This document shows positions 14,723 through 28,877 of a stretch of 64,000 bases of DNA, piece by piece. Origin of the DNA: the human T2T-CHM13v2.0 reference genome, Homo sapiens. The stretch lies in the NCBI RefSeq assembly GCF_009914755.1, contig NC_060929.1; one strand, 5' to 3'. Every line of letters begins with the position of its first letter. Position 1 is the first letter of the stretch. Below the pieces are notes generated by a model, which did not search any database, was not told the DNA's origin, and was given only the letters and a program-made list of their open reading frames with translations. The position numbers were made by a program, and so were the translations under genes.

Positions 14723-14913
14723 AGGAGTGCCAGATAAAATATAGGATGCTCAGTCAAATCTGAATTTCAGATAACAATGGATGCTTTTTTACTATAAGAA
14801 GGCCCACAATATTGCATGGGGCTTGCTTATACTAAAATAGTGTTCATTGTTTATCTGAATTTGAAATTTAACTGGGAAGCTTGTATATTTATTTCCTCCA
14901 TTTGGCAATTTTA
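14723..14913. mobile_element. MER53 palindromic hAT MITE
   Basis: tgccagataaaatataggatgctcagtcaaatctgaatttcagataa ... ttatctgaatttgaaatttaactggg ... tggcaa. The two arms are self-complementary. Confidence 0.88.
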
Positions 14914-15269
14914 CCCCAAGCAGATTCTAAAAGCTGCTTAAGTCAGCTGTAGGAACCTAGGTGTGTCCTCCAGAGTCTAAAGAGGAAACAAGACCTGTAA
15001 TGATGCATCATCGTACCATTTTGCTTTCCCTGCTTTTCTCCAATAACAAATTGGTCTTCCTTTATGCATCCAAGGGTGACAAAACCAAAACCCTGTGTGA
15101 ATACGGTTACCTTGTTAGCTGACGAACAGTTCTTTGTTATAATCAATTTGATTTTTTATGGACTTGCTAGAGGAGAAAACAACCTGAAGGGATGGGTAGG
15201 GGGACACACAAAATTTCTGCTCCAGATTTTAACTGCAGTTTACTCAAAACAATCATATTAAAAAGAAAT

Positions 15270-15730
15270 GTACAGCAAAAGACATGAAAAATCAAGTCAA
15301 AAAGCAAACAGTAAACTGGAAAAGAACTTGCAACACATTTGAAAAAAGGAAAATATCTTTCAGATGTGAGAGCTATCTTTGCTGACTGTCAGGGAAATGT
15401 AGAATGAACAATATGATGCCATGTTTTTGCTCACCTAATTGGGAAAAAATATATAATGATGGTATCCAATGGTGATGAAGATATGGGAAAATGAACACTC
15501 ACATAAAATTGCTGGTGACAATTCAAATTGCTAAAATATTTTCAGAAAGAAGTATGGAATTCTATGTTAAACTATAAAATATACAAACCATTAACCTCAA
15601 ATATCATCTTCTGATAGCTATCTAATAGGTAATACAGAAGTAAAATAGTATAAAAGTAAAAGCACTAGAAAATAAGGATATATGTTCAACTAGTTTTATT
15701 GTGTCATGTGATAGTGGCAAAAAACTCCCA
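15270..15730 (+). mobile_element. Ancient L1 (L1ME-like) ORF2 3' fragment
   Basis: A-rich, with L1-like motifs such as ggtgatgaagatatgggaaaatgaacactcac...ttgctggtg. Confidence 0.5.
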
Positions 15731-15734
15731 ATTA

Positions 15735-15941
15735 AGGGTCAAAACAAACCTTTTCTGTAAATGAACAGATAGCATATATTTTAAGCTTTTCAGGTCACAT
15801 AGCCTCAGTGGGAACTTACCTCTACTATTGCAGTGTGAAATCATGTAAATGAATGAGTATGATTGTGTTTCAATAAAACTTCATTTACAAAAACAGGAGG
15901 CAGGCCATATTTGGCCCATGGGCCATAATTTACTGATCCTT
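15735..15941 (-). mobile_element. MER58A (hAT-Charlie)
   Basis: caataaaacttcatttacaaaaacaggaggcaggccatatttggcccatgggcc matches the recalled antisense MER58A sequence. Confidence 0.85.
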
Positions 15942-16048
15942 TCTTTAAGTTATAATTGACATTTATCAATAGAAATATAAAAATTAGTTGCATATAACAT
16001 GATCAAATTTTTGTTACAACAAATAGCAACAGCAACAACAATACAACC

Positions 16049-16054
<6 letters not shown>

Positions 16055-16081
<27 letters not shown>
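16055..16081. repeat. (TG)n microsatellite
   Basis: Read directly. Confidence 0.95.
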
Positions 16082-16649
16082 CTTTGAATGTGCTGGGAAA
16101 ATGTGTGAAAACACATACCAACATGTTAACATTTATTATCTTGGAGATGGGTAGGGATAAAGAAAGATTGTTAATTTTTAAAAATAAAGCTTTTTATGGT
16201 TTTGCTACATGTTGTTAAAGGAAGAACAAATAAAATCTTCACAAAACAACTGGTTTTCACAATCATCAGGAAAAGATGCTATAATCACCTTGAATTCAAA
16301 TATTATATTGTCAAGTGCAATGTTTAAGATTTTGACTTAACTAGGAGAATCCTTACCAAATTCAGTTATTTATGCTAAAGAGTTTCATCCTACTCATCCA
16401 GTATAATTCTCTTTCTGATATTTGCTTATGTGGCTCCAAACCAGTAAGAATATTGAGTGAACAAAAAAATAAGATAGAAGTTCAAAAAATAGCAGAAAAG
16501 CAGCAGTATTTAATGATAACAGAACTTCAAGTCCCAGGCAAGTGATGTTTTCTTCTGAACTTTTCCTGCCTCTGAAGTCAAAAAGTGTAACATAGGAAAA
16601 ACTGCACCAATTTCAAGACACAGGAGCTGTGTTTTTGACAAGGCTGCAC

Positions 16650-16800
16650 TCCAGCCAGTGTTGTGACTTGGCACAGTGCTCTCACCGGTGCTTTATATAT
16701 TTATTTTCTTCAATTTATAATTGGTGTAACACTTACCTCATAGGGTTTCAGTTGATATCTAGTGAGGTAATTCATGTGAAAGCACACTATAAATACACAT
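16650..16800 (+). mobile_element. MIR fragment
   Basis: tgtgacttggca...acttacctcatagggtt...atgtgaaagcac. Confidence 0.55.
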
Positions 16801-16959
16801 TTTTATTAAGAATGAGAAGCTGAAACTAGGATTGAACTCCAAAGAAGTATTTGTGAAATTAGTGTTAATTTTGGAATTTGATAATTTTTTAAAGGAATTT
16901 GTCCACTTTATACAACTTTTCAGACTTATTCGTGTAGAGCATATAATTGTTCATTAATT

Positions 16960-19020
16960 GCTGATATTATGGTTTTCTACCTAAAAGAACTAATAAAATC
17001 CAGAGACAAACTATCAGAACCAATATGAGTTTAACAAAGTTATTGCATAGAACAGTAACTTACCAAAATTAATAGCATTTCTCTACACCAACAACAATCA
17101 ATAGAAAACTCCAGAAAAGTAATATCTCATTTATAATTGCAATGAAATTATATAGTACTCAGGACTTAAAGCAACCTAGAATTTCTAAGAGCTTTATGAA
17201 AAAACTTGCTAAATTATCATTTTCAAACAGGTAAAATAATCTTCCATGTAAATGTAAATTGAACATATGTTGATACTTTAAAACTCATTAATTAATGAGA
17301 GAATCAGTAAGATGTCATGATCAATTTGAAGAGCACTTAAGAAGGCAGGGATTTATGGGCAATTAAACAGAGAATAATTAAGATGAGATTGTTATTAGTT
17401 ATAAACTAATGTCCAACAGATCATAAATCTGGTTATCTTTCCATCAGACACATAGCTATTTGAATCCAGTGGACAAAATTCTAAAAGTTTCAGATAATTT
17501 CAGTAAGTTTGGGACCATTTGTTAATAGTAAACAATGAGATGAACTAAGTATATCCCATGGTAAACCTTGTGTACCCTTTGTCCCCATGTAATATTTAAA
17601 GGATGTGTCACCCATCTTTTTGCATCATTTTCAAGTTTTAAATAATTTTCCTGACTTACTTTGAAATTTTAGTAAAAAACATAAGAGATGACTTAAATAA
17701 AAAGAGTGACATTTCATGCTCTTTAATGAGTTGACTTTATAAGATATACATTTTCTTCAATTCAGTATATAAATGCAATAAAGTATTGATCACAATTTGT
17801 CATTTTTGAGAAATTCATTAAACTTGCAGTAAAATTTGTAGAGAAAAATAAAATTCCATGCTATCTATTCCTCATGGGAAGTCATAAAGAGGGAGAGCTT
17901 GCTGTGTCAAATATTAAACATACTACGAGGCCGAAGTAATAAAAACAATGCACTATTGTTGCAAGATCAGATAAGTAGATAAAAGTGGAAGAAAATAATG
18001 CACTCAGAGATTCGTTTATATGTCAAAATGTAATAAACCTTAAAAAATTACCACAAATAAATGGAAATTTAGTTGAAGTTTTTTTTTGAAAATTGGTTCA
18101 CTGTATGGAGAGAAATGAAATTGGATTTTTATGTAGTTGCACACAGAAGGTGGCTTCCAGATAGATTAAAGATATAAGTAGGAAAAGAAAAATTATAAAG
18201 CTAATAGAAGAGAATGTATGAGATAATGTTTATGCTATAGAAATAGAGAAACACTTCAAAAAAGTTCAAAAATAACCACAAAGCAATAGATTGAGAAATA
18301 TTATTATATGAAAATTTAGCCTTTCCATTCAATGAAGATACCATCGACCAAATTAATAGACAACTGAATGGGAGAAGGTATTTGCAATATCTAAAAGTGG
18401 CAAGGGATTAATAATAACTAAGAACCTTCTCTAAATCAATGTCAGTCACTGTGGTAGGAAAATAGGTAAAGAATACGAACAAGGAATTTGCAGAAAAACT
18501 CTCACAACCAACACGTACTTACAGGCATGCTGAAGATAATAATCAAAGAAATGCAGGTTAAATTAAAAATATTAAGTTGCAAAGGCTAGAAAGCTGGATA
18601 ATGCTGAGTGTTGTCAGGGAAGATGCCATGCAGGAAGTTTCATGTGGAGGTAGACTGGTGTAGCTGTTCTGAACAGTCTGGCATGATGCAGGCAAATTAA
18701 ACATATATATATGCTGTGACCCAGCAATACCTCTCCTGAATATTTATCCCAAAGACATTTTCAGACATGTTCATAGCATGAAATACATAAAGATATTTCT
18801 TGCAGTGTTGTTTATAGTTGGTGGCAGTTTTGGTGGAGTAGATAGGCAAGACTTGGAGAATACATACCATGGGGCATTATGCAGCAATTGGAAGGAACAC
18901 ATGTGATATAAACATAGAAATAAGGCTGGATCTTTAAAAGATAGTGCCTAGTCCAAAAAAGTAAGAAACTGAATGAGATCTTTAAGGACTTTCGAACTTT
19001 AAAATAAACGCCAACAAAAT
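16960..19020 (+). mobile_element. Ancient L1 (L1ME/L1M5-like) ORF2 3' half
   Basis: Degenerate ORF2 landmarks appear in the expected order: aatagcatttctctacaccaac (~17070), gaatgggagaaggtatttgcaa (~18366), tgacccagcaatacctctcctg (~18717). Confidence 0.7.
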
Positions 19021-19689
19021 CACGAATCACATTTGTATGCACTTTACGGTGCTTACAAGGAATAAATACAACAGAATGGTTACTTTGGAAATGGGAATAA
19101 AATGGAATAAATTAAGATTAAAACTAGAGAGCCTCATATGGATCGATAATGATAAATTGCCTCCAACTGAGGAGTATTACTGTTATAATTTATCCTTGTG
19201 TAACTGATGAACAAATAAAATAAAATAATAAAATAAAACAAAATCTAAGTGTGCTGGAAGAACCTAAGTGTTCATAGCTATTGAAGAGGTGTACCTTGCT
19301 TAATCCTTGCCTCTGTTTAAATTTACCACTATGATTGCCATCTGGAGTATGGCTGATCTGGGACGCTGCCGCGGGCCAGTTCAGGGTTTTCATATGCTTC
19401 GAGGTCAGAGACCAGCAAGAGAAATTCCAAGAAAGAAGGAACACAAGCACAATCAAAACAGTTCTGATCTCTGCTTTTGTGCATGTTGTTATGCTACACA
19501 AATTTTAGAAATTGTCTTTGTTTTCAAGCACCTTGATGTTTTTGCATTTCTTTCCTACTTATTTGGTAAACCATCTTCATGTTTACTAACAACTCATGCT
19601 TCTGTAGTTTTCCGGTTTGCAAATCACTTTGATGAAACATCCTCTTATTTCATCTTCACAACCCAACTGGAGGCCCTATCATGCTTCTT

Positions 19690-19800
19690 TTGCAGTTGAG
19701 GAAACAAAGGCCCAGGGAGACTAAATAACTTTCAAATGTCATATCTGGGGAGTGACTGAAGTAGTATTTAAAATCAGGTTTTCTGGCTCCAAACTTTACT
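19690..19800 (-). mobile_element. MIR fragment
   Basis: gcagttgaggaaacaaaggcccagggagactaaataact is antisense MIR core. Confidence 0.7.
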
Positions 19801-20329
19801 CTTAAGATCCAATGCTTCAGGCTGCTTTAACAAAAAGAAACCTTCTGTCATAATTGAATTTCAAGGAAAAAAATTAATGCAATTCTCATAGAGCTTTCTG
19901 TTGCTATTTATGCAGAAACTAACCAAGAATTAATTGGTAAAGAGTCAGTAGATATGACAACCAGAGAAAGACAATTTTCTAGTGGAAGTCTGAAAAGCAA
20001 TGATAAATCATGTAATTCCCTGGTCATCCACTGTTTGGAAACTATGATACATTTTTATAATAAATTTTGAATTTCGAGGAGAGCTTCAACTTGTCCAAAT
20101 GCATTAGGCTATGAGTTGCAAATACTCTGCAGTGCCATTTTAGATGCAGTGTCCCCAAAAGAAACGTTTATGGGATTAAACTTCTCAAAATCAGAAAAAT
20201 TTTAGGCATGTATGTAGCTTAATTTTGCAAAATAACAGATATGTGAGAAAATCGATTAAAATAGAACTCATGTGCTGAAGAAAGCAACAAGAATCTACTG
20301 CAAAGTGGTCTGTGAGCTTTCTTCACTGT

Positions 20330-20960
20330 CACCTCTCACCTGAACCACAGTGTCCACTGTGTCCCAGTGCTCATTTGGTACACAGCAGAGTGATCTCATA
20401 AAAAATCAAAAGAGATTAATCAGAGTTATCCTGCATATCCCACATTTGCTGTCAGAATAAAGACATGGATAGTCTCTGATCTAGTTCCATACACTTTTTG
20501 AACCTTAGTTTACTAACTCCTCCCACCTCCCAGCTCCCTGACCTTCATCTAGAGCAGACAAACCTAGGTCCTTCTACCTCCTCAAACTTACTCTCTCACC
20601 AGAGGCCCTGTGCTTATGTGTTTCTGCTGACTGGAAAGTTCTTCAGTCCTTTTCACCAATGTAACTCTTATTTTTTCCTTGGATCTCAGGACTGACATCA
20701 TTGCCTCAAGTTTTCTGGATCCCCAATTTATGTCACTTCCCATTGATGTAAGCTCTCAGAGAACCGGATCTCACTCCTTTGGATTACACATGCAGTTCAT
20801 AATTATAGATTTATTGATACGATTATTTTCTTAACTTCTGTCTTGTTCTTCCTAGCAAATTCCATAAGAATGTGTTCCTTAGCATGCCATTTTAATTTTT
20901 TTCTTACCATTTCCTCGCATTGTACCTAGTGCCTTGTTGCTTGTTGTGGGAATTAGTCAC
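20330..20960 (+). mobile_element. Degenerate L2 fragments
   Basis: Pyrimidine-rich, with L2-like phrases (agggcc-type ctgtgcttatg; cctagtgcct). Confidence 0.45.
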
Positions 20961-20994
20961 TTATTTGGAGTCTTCAGCAAAAAAAAAAAGTATA

Positions 20995-21490
20995 CCTTTG
21001 TACAGTTTTCTTGTGTATGGGGAATTCATTTTATGAGCCCATCTGTCACAGTGGCAGAACCCAGAAACTTACTTTCCCAGCCACCATACCTTGAAGCCAG
21101 TTGCAAGCATGTGACCTGGGCTCAGCCAATTGGATGTAAAGCCTCTGTGCAGACTTGCTTTGTGAGCTGGGCAGGTGACGAGGCAGGTGCTGTGCAGAAA
21201 CCATTCTGCTCAGTGAGTGGCAGTGACCGCTAGTCTTCCAGAGCCACAGTCCAGGAGATTCCAGGAGCTGTCTTTGGTGTCTGGAGTCATCAGTACAAGC
21301 TGTGGCGTTGTGCCTCATTGTAGCACTAGTGCTGGCACAGTCATGTGTTGTATTTTGGAGGTTTGTTCCTGAAAGAATGGCCTTCAAGACGGCTTCTGGG
21401 GCTTTCCCAGAGGTTCAGACACTTATGTCTGTTTTCTTGTTTCAACATGCTACAACAGTTTCTTTTGTTTGCCACTAAAAATCTCTGAAT
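20995..21490. mobile_element. Old ERVL LTR (LTR33/LTR16-like)
   Basis: actttcccagcc...gcatgtgacctgggctcagccaattggatg motif. Confidence 0.55.
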
Positions 21491-21841
21491 AAATGAATAA
21501 TGGAATCTCTGCTGCCAATAAATATTGGATGTTTTGATGTCTATGCTATTCTCTGAAGTTATTGCAAATAGGGACTTAAATTATAGAACTTATCTTAGTG
21601 TTGAATAGAGGCTTGTTATGGCTCACTATATTTTAACTGTAGGAAGCTACAAAAATGTTCCCAAATTTATGTAAATATATGCATTGTTTGCATAATCTAT
21701 TGCTTAGAATCCTCTGACAAGAAGTTGGAAATTCTGTGTGACCAATTTCAGAATAACTCAGCTCTCAGTGTTTTCCCTTTGTTTGTACATTGCTAAGCTG
21801 AAAAGGAACATTAAGTACTTTTGTGTCAGGATTTGTAAGTA

Positions 21842-23330
21842 TAGTTGACCCTGGACAGCATGGGTTTGAACTGTCTGGGTCTACTTAAAGACAAACTTTA
21901 TTTCGCTCCTGCCAACCCTGAGACAACAAGACCAATCCCTTCTCTTCCTCCTCTTCAACCTACTCAATGTGAACATGAGGATGAAGAACTTATGATGTTC
22001 CACTGCCACTTAATGAATAGTATATTGTCTCTTCCTTATTATTTTCTTGATAACATTTTCTTCTCTCTAGACATAGGCATGGTCAAGGACTTCATGTCTA
22101 AAACACCAAAAGCAATGGCAACAAAAGACAAAATTGACAAATGGGATCTAATTAAACTAAAGAGCTTCTGCACAGCAAAAGAAACTACCGTCAGAGTGAA
22201 CAGGCAACCTACAGAATGGGCGAAAATTTTTACAATCTACTCATCTGACAAAGGGCTAATATCCAGAATCTACAAAGAACTCAAACAAATTTACAAGAAA
22301 AAAACAACCCCATCACAATATGGGTGAAGGATATGAACAGACGCTTCTCAAAAGAAGACATTTATGCAGCCAAAAGACACATGAAAAAATGCTCATCATC
22401 ACTGGCCATCAGAGAAATGCAAATCAAAACCACAATGAGATATCATCTCACACCAGTTAGAATGGCGATCATTAAAAAGTCAGGAAACAACAGGTGCTGG
22501 AGAGGATGTGGAGAAATAGGAACACTTTTACACTGTTGGTGGGACTGTAAACTAGTTCAACCGTTGTGGAAGACAGTGTGGTGATTCCTCAAGGATCTAG
22601 AACTAGAAATACCATTTGACCCAGCCATCCCATTACTGGGTATATACCGAAAGGATTATAAATCATGCTGCTATAAAGATACATGCCCACGTGTGTTTAT
22701 TGCTGCACTATTCACAATAGCAAAGACTTGGAACCAACCTAAATGTCCAACAATGATAGACTGGATTAAGAAAATGTGGCACATATACACCGTGGAATAC
22801 TATGCAGCCATAAAAAATGATGAGTTCATGTCCTTTGTAGGGACATGGATGAAGCTGGAAACCATCATTCTCAGCAAACTATCGCAAGGACAAAAAAATC
22901 AAACACCGCATGTTCTCACTCATAGGTGGGAATTGAACAATGAGAACACTTGGACACAGGAAGGGGAACATCACACACCGGAGCCTGTCGTGGGCTGGGG
23001 GGAGAGGGGAAGGAAAGCATTAGGAGATACACCTAATGTAAATGATGAGTTAATGGGTGCAGCACACCAACATGGCATATGTATACATATGTAACAAACC
23101 TACACGTTGTGCACATGTACCCTAGAACTTAAAGCATAATTAAAAAAAAAACTAACCATCAGAAAAAAAAAAGAATGCAGTATATAATACATGCCATATA
23201 CAAAATATGTGTCAGTTGACCGACAGCAGGCAATTAGGTATGTTTTTGGGGAAAAGTTAAAAATTTACACGTGGATTTTTGACTGTGCCCATTGGTGCCC
23301 TTAACCCCTGCATTGTCCAAGAGTCAACTG
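21842..23330 (+). mobile_element. Tigger2a (TcMar-Tigger), split by an L1PA insertion
   Basis: Terminal inverted repeats (c/t)agttgaccc...gagtcaactg, flanked by TA. Internal ccctgagacaacaagaccaatccct...gaggatgaagaacttatgatg. Confidence 0.85.
22070..23172 (+). mobile_element. 5'-truncated L1PA (L1PA4/5-like), ~1.1 kb
   Basis: ORF2 C-terminus ([15 protein letters not shown]; [18 protein letters not shown]; WNQPKCPTMIDWIKK), an L1PA 3'UTR and an A-tail. Confidence 0.95.
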
Positions 23331-24319
23331 TACTTCATCCATTAATTTATGCAGAAAGAATTTACCTCAAATTAAACAAATAAATTGTAAAACAGATGAA
23401 CGTATGCTGTGGTTATGTGGATCACACAGAAAAGATTCTGTGAATGTTGGTATCTTATAAGAGAGCAATCATAATTACATATTTTTCTGGTAGGCATCCT
23501 GGATGACAGGCCTGGAAGAGCATGAAAAATAGTTCAGCTTGCTTTTCATTAAATGTGTTAACTGGGGTAGCAGGTGTGCTGCCCTAACAGTTTAACTGGC
23601 CTTTCCTTAAACCATCTACCATTGAGCCTCATACTGCAGGAGCTTTCAAATGTTAATGCCACCAAGACAGAAAAATATGAGCTTGCTAAAAGACAATCAA
23701 GAGTGGTAGGGCCCTGAAGAACTGGAGTGTGCATGCTTAAGTTAAAGATATTCTGAATCAAAATTTAAAATGCTGCCCTGGCCAACAGAATACATGTGTG
23801 GTTAATTGGCCCAAAAGACTATTATCAGTCCAGTTTCTGCTTAGGGGAACATGAGAAACAGGGAAGTAAGTGTCTCAAGTAACTAGTTACCCAATTAGCC
23901 TTGCTGCTGGCTGATTGGAGACTCTGCATTACTAGATATTGTCCTGCTCTTCCCAATTATAAGTACATCTCTCTTATTTAACATTGCATTGAGATGAGGT
24001 GATAAAATTGTAAACCATGCATTAAAGGCACTCTTGTGTTCAGAGGTATCTGTCTTGGAAAGGAGGACAAACATTCTTGGATTCAACCAAAGAGCTCCCT
24101 CAGACAGGAAGTGGGGCACTCAGGTTGGCAGAAAAGCCTGTGCTCTCTGGACCTTTGCTTCTGGGATCTGGACTTTGAAGAGCTGAGGCCCAAGTGCCAG
24201 GGTTTTTATCAGGGAAGCTATCTGAATGTTTAAAAAGCTGAAGAATAATCTGTGTGCTTATCAGTGTTGCAGTAGAGGTATATTATTATTATTATTAATA
24301 GTGCTATTTTTACCCTTTC

Positions 24320-24690
24320 CATTTGGTTAGGATACTTTTGGAGATATCAGAAATGTAACTTTAAAAGGCTTACATGATGGTTCAGTAACATCATCAAAGG
24401 CCTGTGTTCTTTCTATCTTCCTGCTCTGCCATCCTTGTGTTGCTGGCTAACTTCCTTATGCCCGTAAGTTGACAACAACAGCTCCAGGTGTCCCATTCTG
24501 TCACACCAGAATCAAGAGACATAAAAGGAACCAGCTCTTTCCCCATAAGTTCCTGTCTGATTACAAGTGAACTTCTGCTCATGTTCCATCGGCCAGAATT
24601 GGGCCATAAATATGCCTTCCTGAGGCAATCTTTGGTAAAGTGATAGTGTTTCCCTGTGATTGCTCAGTAGTCAAGTTCCACCCCCTAGTG
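24320..24690 (-). mobile_element. Old MLT1 MaLR LTR
   Basis: ttggttaggatactttt... and gaacttctgctcatgttccatcggccagaattggg. Confidence 0.55.
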
Positions 24691-25100
24691 TAGTTTGGGC
24701 TCTTCAGGAAGATAATTAAAACACAGTTTAGGTTTTAGGATTTTTGTTAGCACCCTAGGGATGGTGGGAGGTAAAGTAGAATTGGAAAGGACACCTGTAA
24801 TGCATGTTTGACACCCTCAGCCCAACCCTCATGGGAGCTCTGGAATGGAAATGGGTCAGCAGAGTGGGCTCACATTTGGGCCAAAGTGACAAGGCCTTCC
24901 TATTCCCACTGTGACCAGTCATTAAGTGTGAATTGCCCCTGGAAGGGTGTGACCTTGGTGATGTGATTCTCTAAGTTGAGGAAACTCTCAAAAAGGCTGA
25001 CAGCTGAAGGCTGTTTGCTGACAGCAATGCAACAGTTGAAGGACAAAGTTTTCCCTTGAAGAATAATCTGGGAGGTGCATCTTCACATCCACCCATCTTC
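24690..25100. mobile_element. Old ERVL-type LTR-like sequence (family uncertain)
   Basis: Contains the repeat-like phrase ggctgacagctgaaggctgtttgctgacagc. Family not pinned down. Confidence 0.4.
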
Positions 25101-25397
25101 CCTGGACCACATGGAGAAGGATGAATATTAGAGCAAACCTTATGCTCTGCCAGCAAAGGAGGGGGAAGATAGATTTGGAGAGGCAAGCAAGAGTGAGTGC
25201 TGCTGGCATGCAAATGGAGGCAATATCCTAATGGGCTTGTTACCTGGTCCCTGGAGATGCATTATTGACAGCAATTACTGGCAGTTGCTTTTCTGATTTA
25301 TTCATTACCTGAGGTTGTGATAACTTCCCACCCTGCCATAACACCTTTATCCAAACATTCTCTGTAATCATATTCCCAGGGAGCACTGATGTTTCTT

Positions 25398-25869
25398 TTC
25401 TTTTTCCTTCTTTTAAAATTTTACTTTAAGTTCTAGGGTACATGTGCAGAACGTGCAGGTTTGTTACATAGGTATACATGTGCCATGGTGGTTTGCTGCA
25501 CCTATCAACCTGTCATTTTAGGTTTTAACCCTTGCATGCATTAGGTATTAGTCCTAATGCTCTCCCTCCCCTTGCCTCCCACCTCCCAACAGGCCCCGTT
25601 GTGTGATGTTCCCCTTCCTGTGTCTATGTGTTCTCATTGTTCAACTCCCACTTATGAGTGAGAACATGCAGTGTTTGGTTTTCTGTTACTGTGTTAGTTT
25701 GCTGAGAATGATGGCTTCTAGCTTTATCTATGTCTCTGCAAAGCACATGAACTCATTCTTTTTTATGGCTGCATAGTGTTCCATGGTATATATGTGCCAC
25801 ATTTTCTTTATCCAGTCTATCATTGATGGGCATTTGAGTTGGTTCCAAGTTTTTGCTATTGTAAATAGA
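25398..25869 (-). mobile_element. 5'-truncated L1PA8-like element with a perfect 17-bp TSD
   Basis: TSD gagcactgatgtttctt at 25381-25397 and 25870-25886. The 3'UTR reads ttactttaagttctagggtacatgtgcagaacgtgcagg. Confidence 0.93.
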
Positions 25870-26012
25870 GAGCACTGATGTTTCTTATGCCCTTTGTTTC
25901 CTATCATGGTTTTGAACATTTTTGTGACAGTACTCACTATATGAAAAACCCACAGCTAACATCCTACTGAATGAGAAAAAGTTGAAAGCTTTACCTCTAG
26001 GAACAGAAACAA

Positions 26013-26375
26013 AGCCAGGCATGGTGGCTAATGCTTGTAATTGCAGCACTTCGGGAAGCTGAAATGGAAGGATCACTTGAAGCCTGGAGTCAAGACCAGC
26101 CCGGGCAACAAAGTGATGAGACATCATCTCTACAAAAACATTTTTTAAAAAACTTGGTCTGGCATTGTGACATGCTCCTGTAGTCCCAGTTACCTGGGAG
26201 GTTGAGGTTGGAGGACCACTTGAGCTCAGAATTTGAAGCTTTGTGAGCTATGATCATGCCACTGCACTCCATCCCATATGAGAGACTAAGACCCTGTCTC
26301 GGAAAAACAAAAACAAAAACAAAAACAAAAAACAAAAAACAAAAAATTACCAGAAAGCAAAAAACAAAACAAAAC
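26013..26375 (+). mobile_element. AluJ with an extended (AAAAC/AAAAAC)n tail
   Basis: AluJ features ggaaggatcacttga and gagctatgatcatgcc. The tail spans about 26303-26375. Confidence 0.9.
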
Positions 26376-26907
26376 TGGGAAAAGATAAGGATGCCCACTT
26401 TCACGATTTTTATTCAACATAGTTCTGGAAGTCCTAGTCAGAGCAATTATGAGGGAGAGAAATAAAGGACATTCAAGTTGGAAAGGAGGATGCCACATCA
26501 TCCCTCTTTGCAGATGACATAATCTTATATATAGGAAAACCTAAAGACTCAACCAAAAACTCTTCGAACTGACAAAAGAATTCAGTAAATTTGCAAGATC
26601 TAAAATTAACATACAAAAATTAGTAGCATTGCTATACATGAACAACAAAGCAGCTGAAAAATCAAGAAGGAAACCTCATTTACAATAGCTATAAAAAATA
26701 AAATATCTATACATAATTTTAAGCAAAGAGGTGAAAACAACTATAAAGAAAACTACAAAACAGGGCTGAAAGAAATTGAAGAGGATACAAACAAAAGACA
26801 TTTCATGTTTATAGATTGGAAGAATTAATATTGTTAAATGACAGTACTACCCAAAGTAATCTAGAGATTCAATGCAATCCGTATCAAAATACCAATGACA
26901 TTCTTCA

Positions 26908-27260
<353 letters not shown>

Positions 27261-28067
27261 GTTGTATGGATCCACAAAAGACTCCAAATAGCCAATGTAA
27301 TCCTAAGCAGAAAGAACAAATCTTGAGTTATTACACTACCAACCTCAAGACTTATTACAAAGGTGTAGTAATCAAAAGAATGTGATACTGGCACAAAAAG
27401 AGATATGTAGACCCATGGGGCAGGGTAGAAAACCCAGAAATTAATGTATATATCTACAGCCAACTGACTTTTTAAAAAGGCGTCAAGAACACTCACAGGG
27501 GAAAGGACAGCTGTGAATAAATGCAGCTGCAAAAACTGGATATCCATACGCAGAAGAATAAACCTAGACTCCTACCTCTTACCCTATACAAAATTCAATT
27601 CAATTTGGATCAAAGACCTAACTGTAAGACCTGAAACTATAAAACTACTAGAAGAAAACATGGGAAATGCTTTAGGACATTGTTCTGGAAAAAGATTTTA
27701 GGAGTCAGACCTCAAAAGCACAGACAACAAAATAAAAAACAAATGAGATAATATCAAACTAAAAAGCTTCTTCACAACAAAGGAAACAGAGGGAAAAGAC
27801 AACCCACGTAATGGTAGAAAATATTTGCAAACTACCCATCCAGCAGTGGATTCAGATCCAGAATATACAAATAATCAAAACATCTCAACAGCAAAAAATA
27901 AAACTATCCAATTAAAAAATAGTCAAATGACTTGCATAGACATTCACTAGAAGAACACTTACAAACGGCTAACAAATATGGGAAAAAATGCTCATGACTA
28001 ATCATCAGGGAAATGCAAATCAAAACCACAATGAGGTATCATCTCACCCCAGTTAGGATGGTTATTA

Positions 28068-28405
<338 letters not shown>

Positions 28406-28877
28406 CCCAGATATTAGTGAGGATGAGGAAAAAAGGGAACTTTTATGCAATTGTTTGTGGGAATGTAAACTAGTACAACCACTCCAGAGAATAATATGGA
28501 CGTTCCTCAAAAACTGCGAATGGAGCCACCATATGATCCAGCAATTGCACTACTGGGATTTATCCAAATGAAAGGAAATCAGTATATTGAAGAGACATCT
28601 GCACCTCTATGTTTATTGCAGCACTGTTCACAACAGATATGAAATCACCTTAGTTATTCAACAAATAATACAGAAAACATGGCATGTATATACAATGGGA
28701 TATTATTCAGTCATAGAAAAATAATCCAATTCTGTCATTTTTAGCAACATGAATGAAACTGGAGGTAAACAACACATTTTCTCATTCATATATGCAAGTT
28801 GGAAAAAGTTGATCTCATAGAAGTAAAAAGTAGAACAGAGGATACCAGAGTCAGGGAAGGGTACAGGGCAGGGAGGG

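Noticed and set aside
21845-22327. 160-aa ORF fusing Tigger2a and L1 ORF2 sequence
   Set aside because: Chance read-through across an insertion junction. It starts at TTG and has no promoter or splice support.
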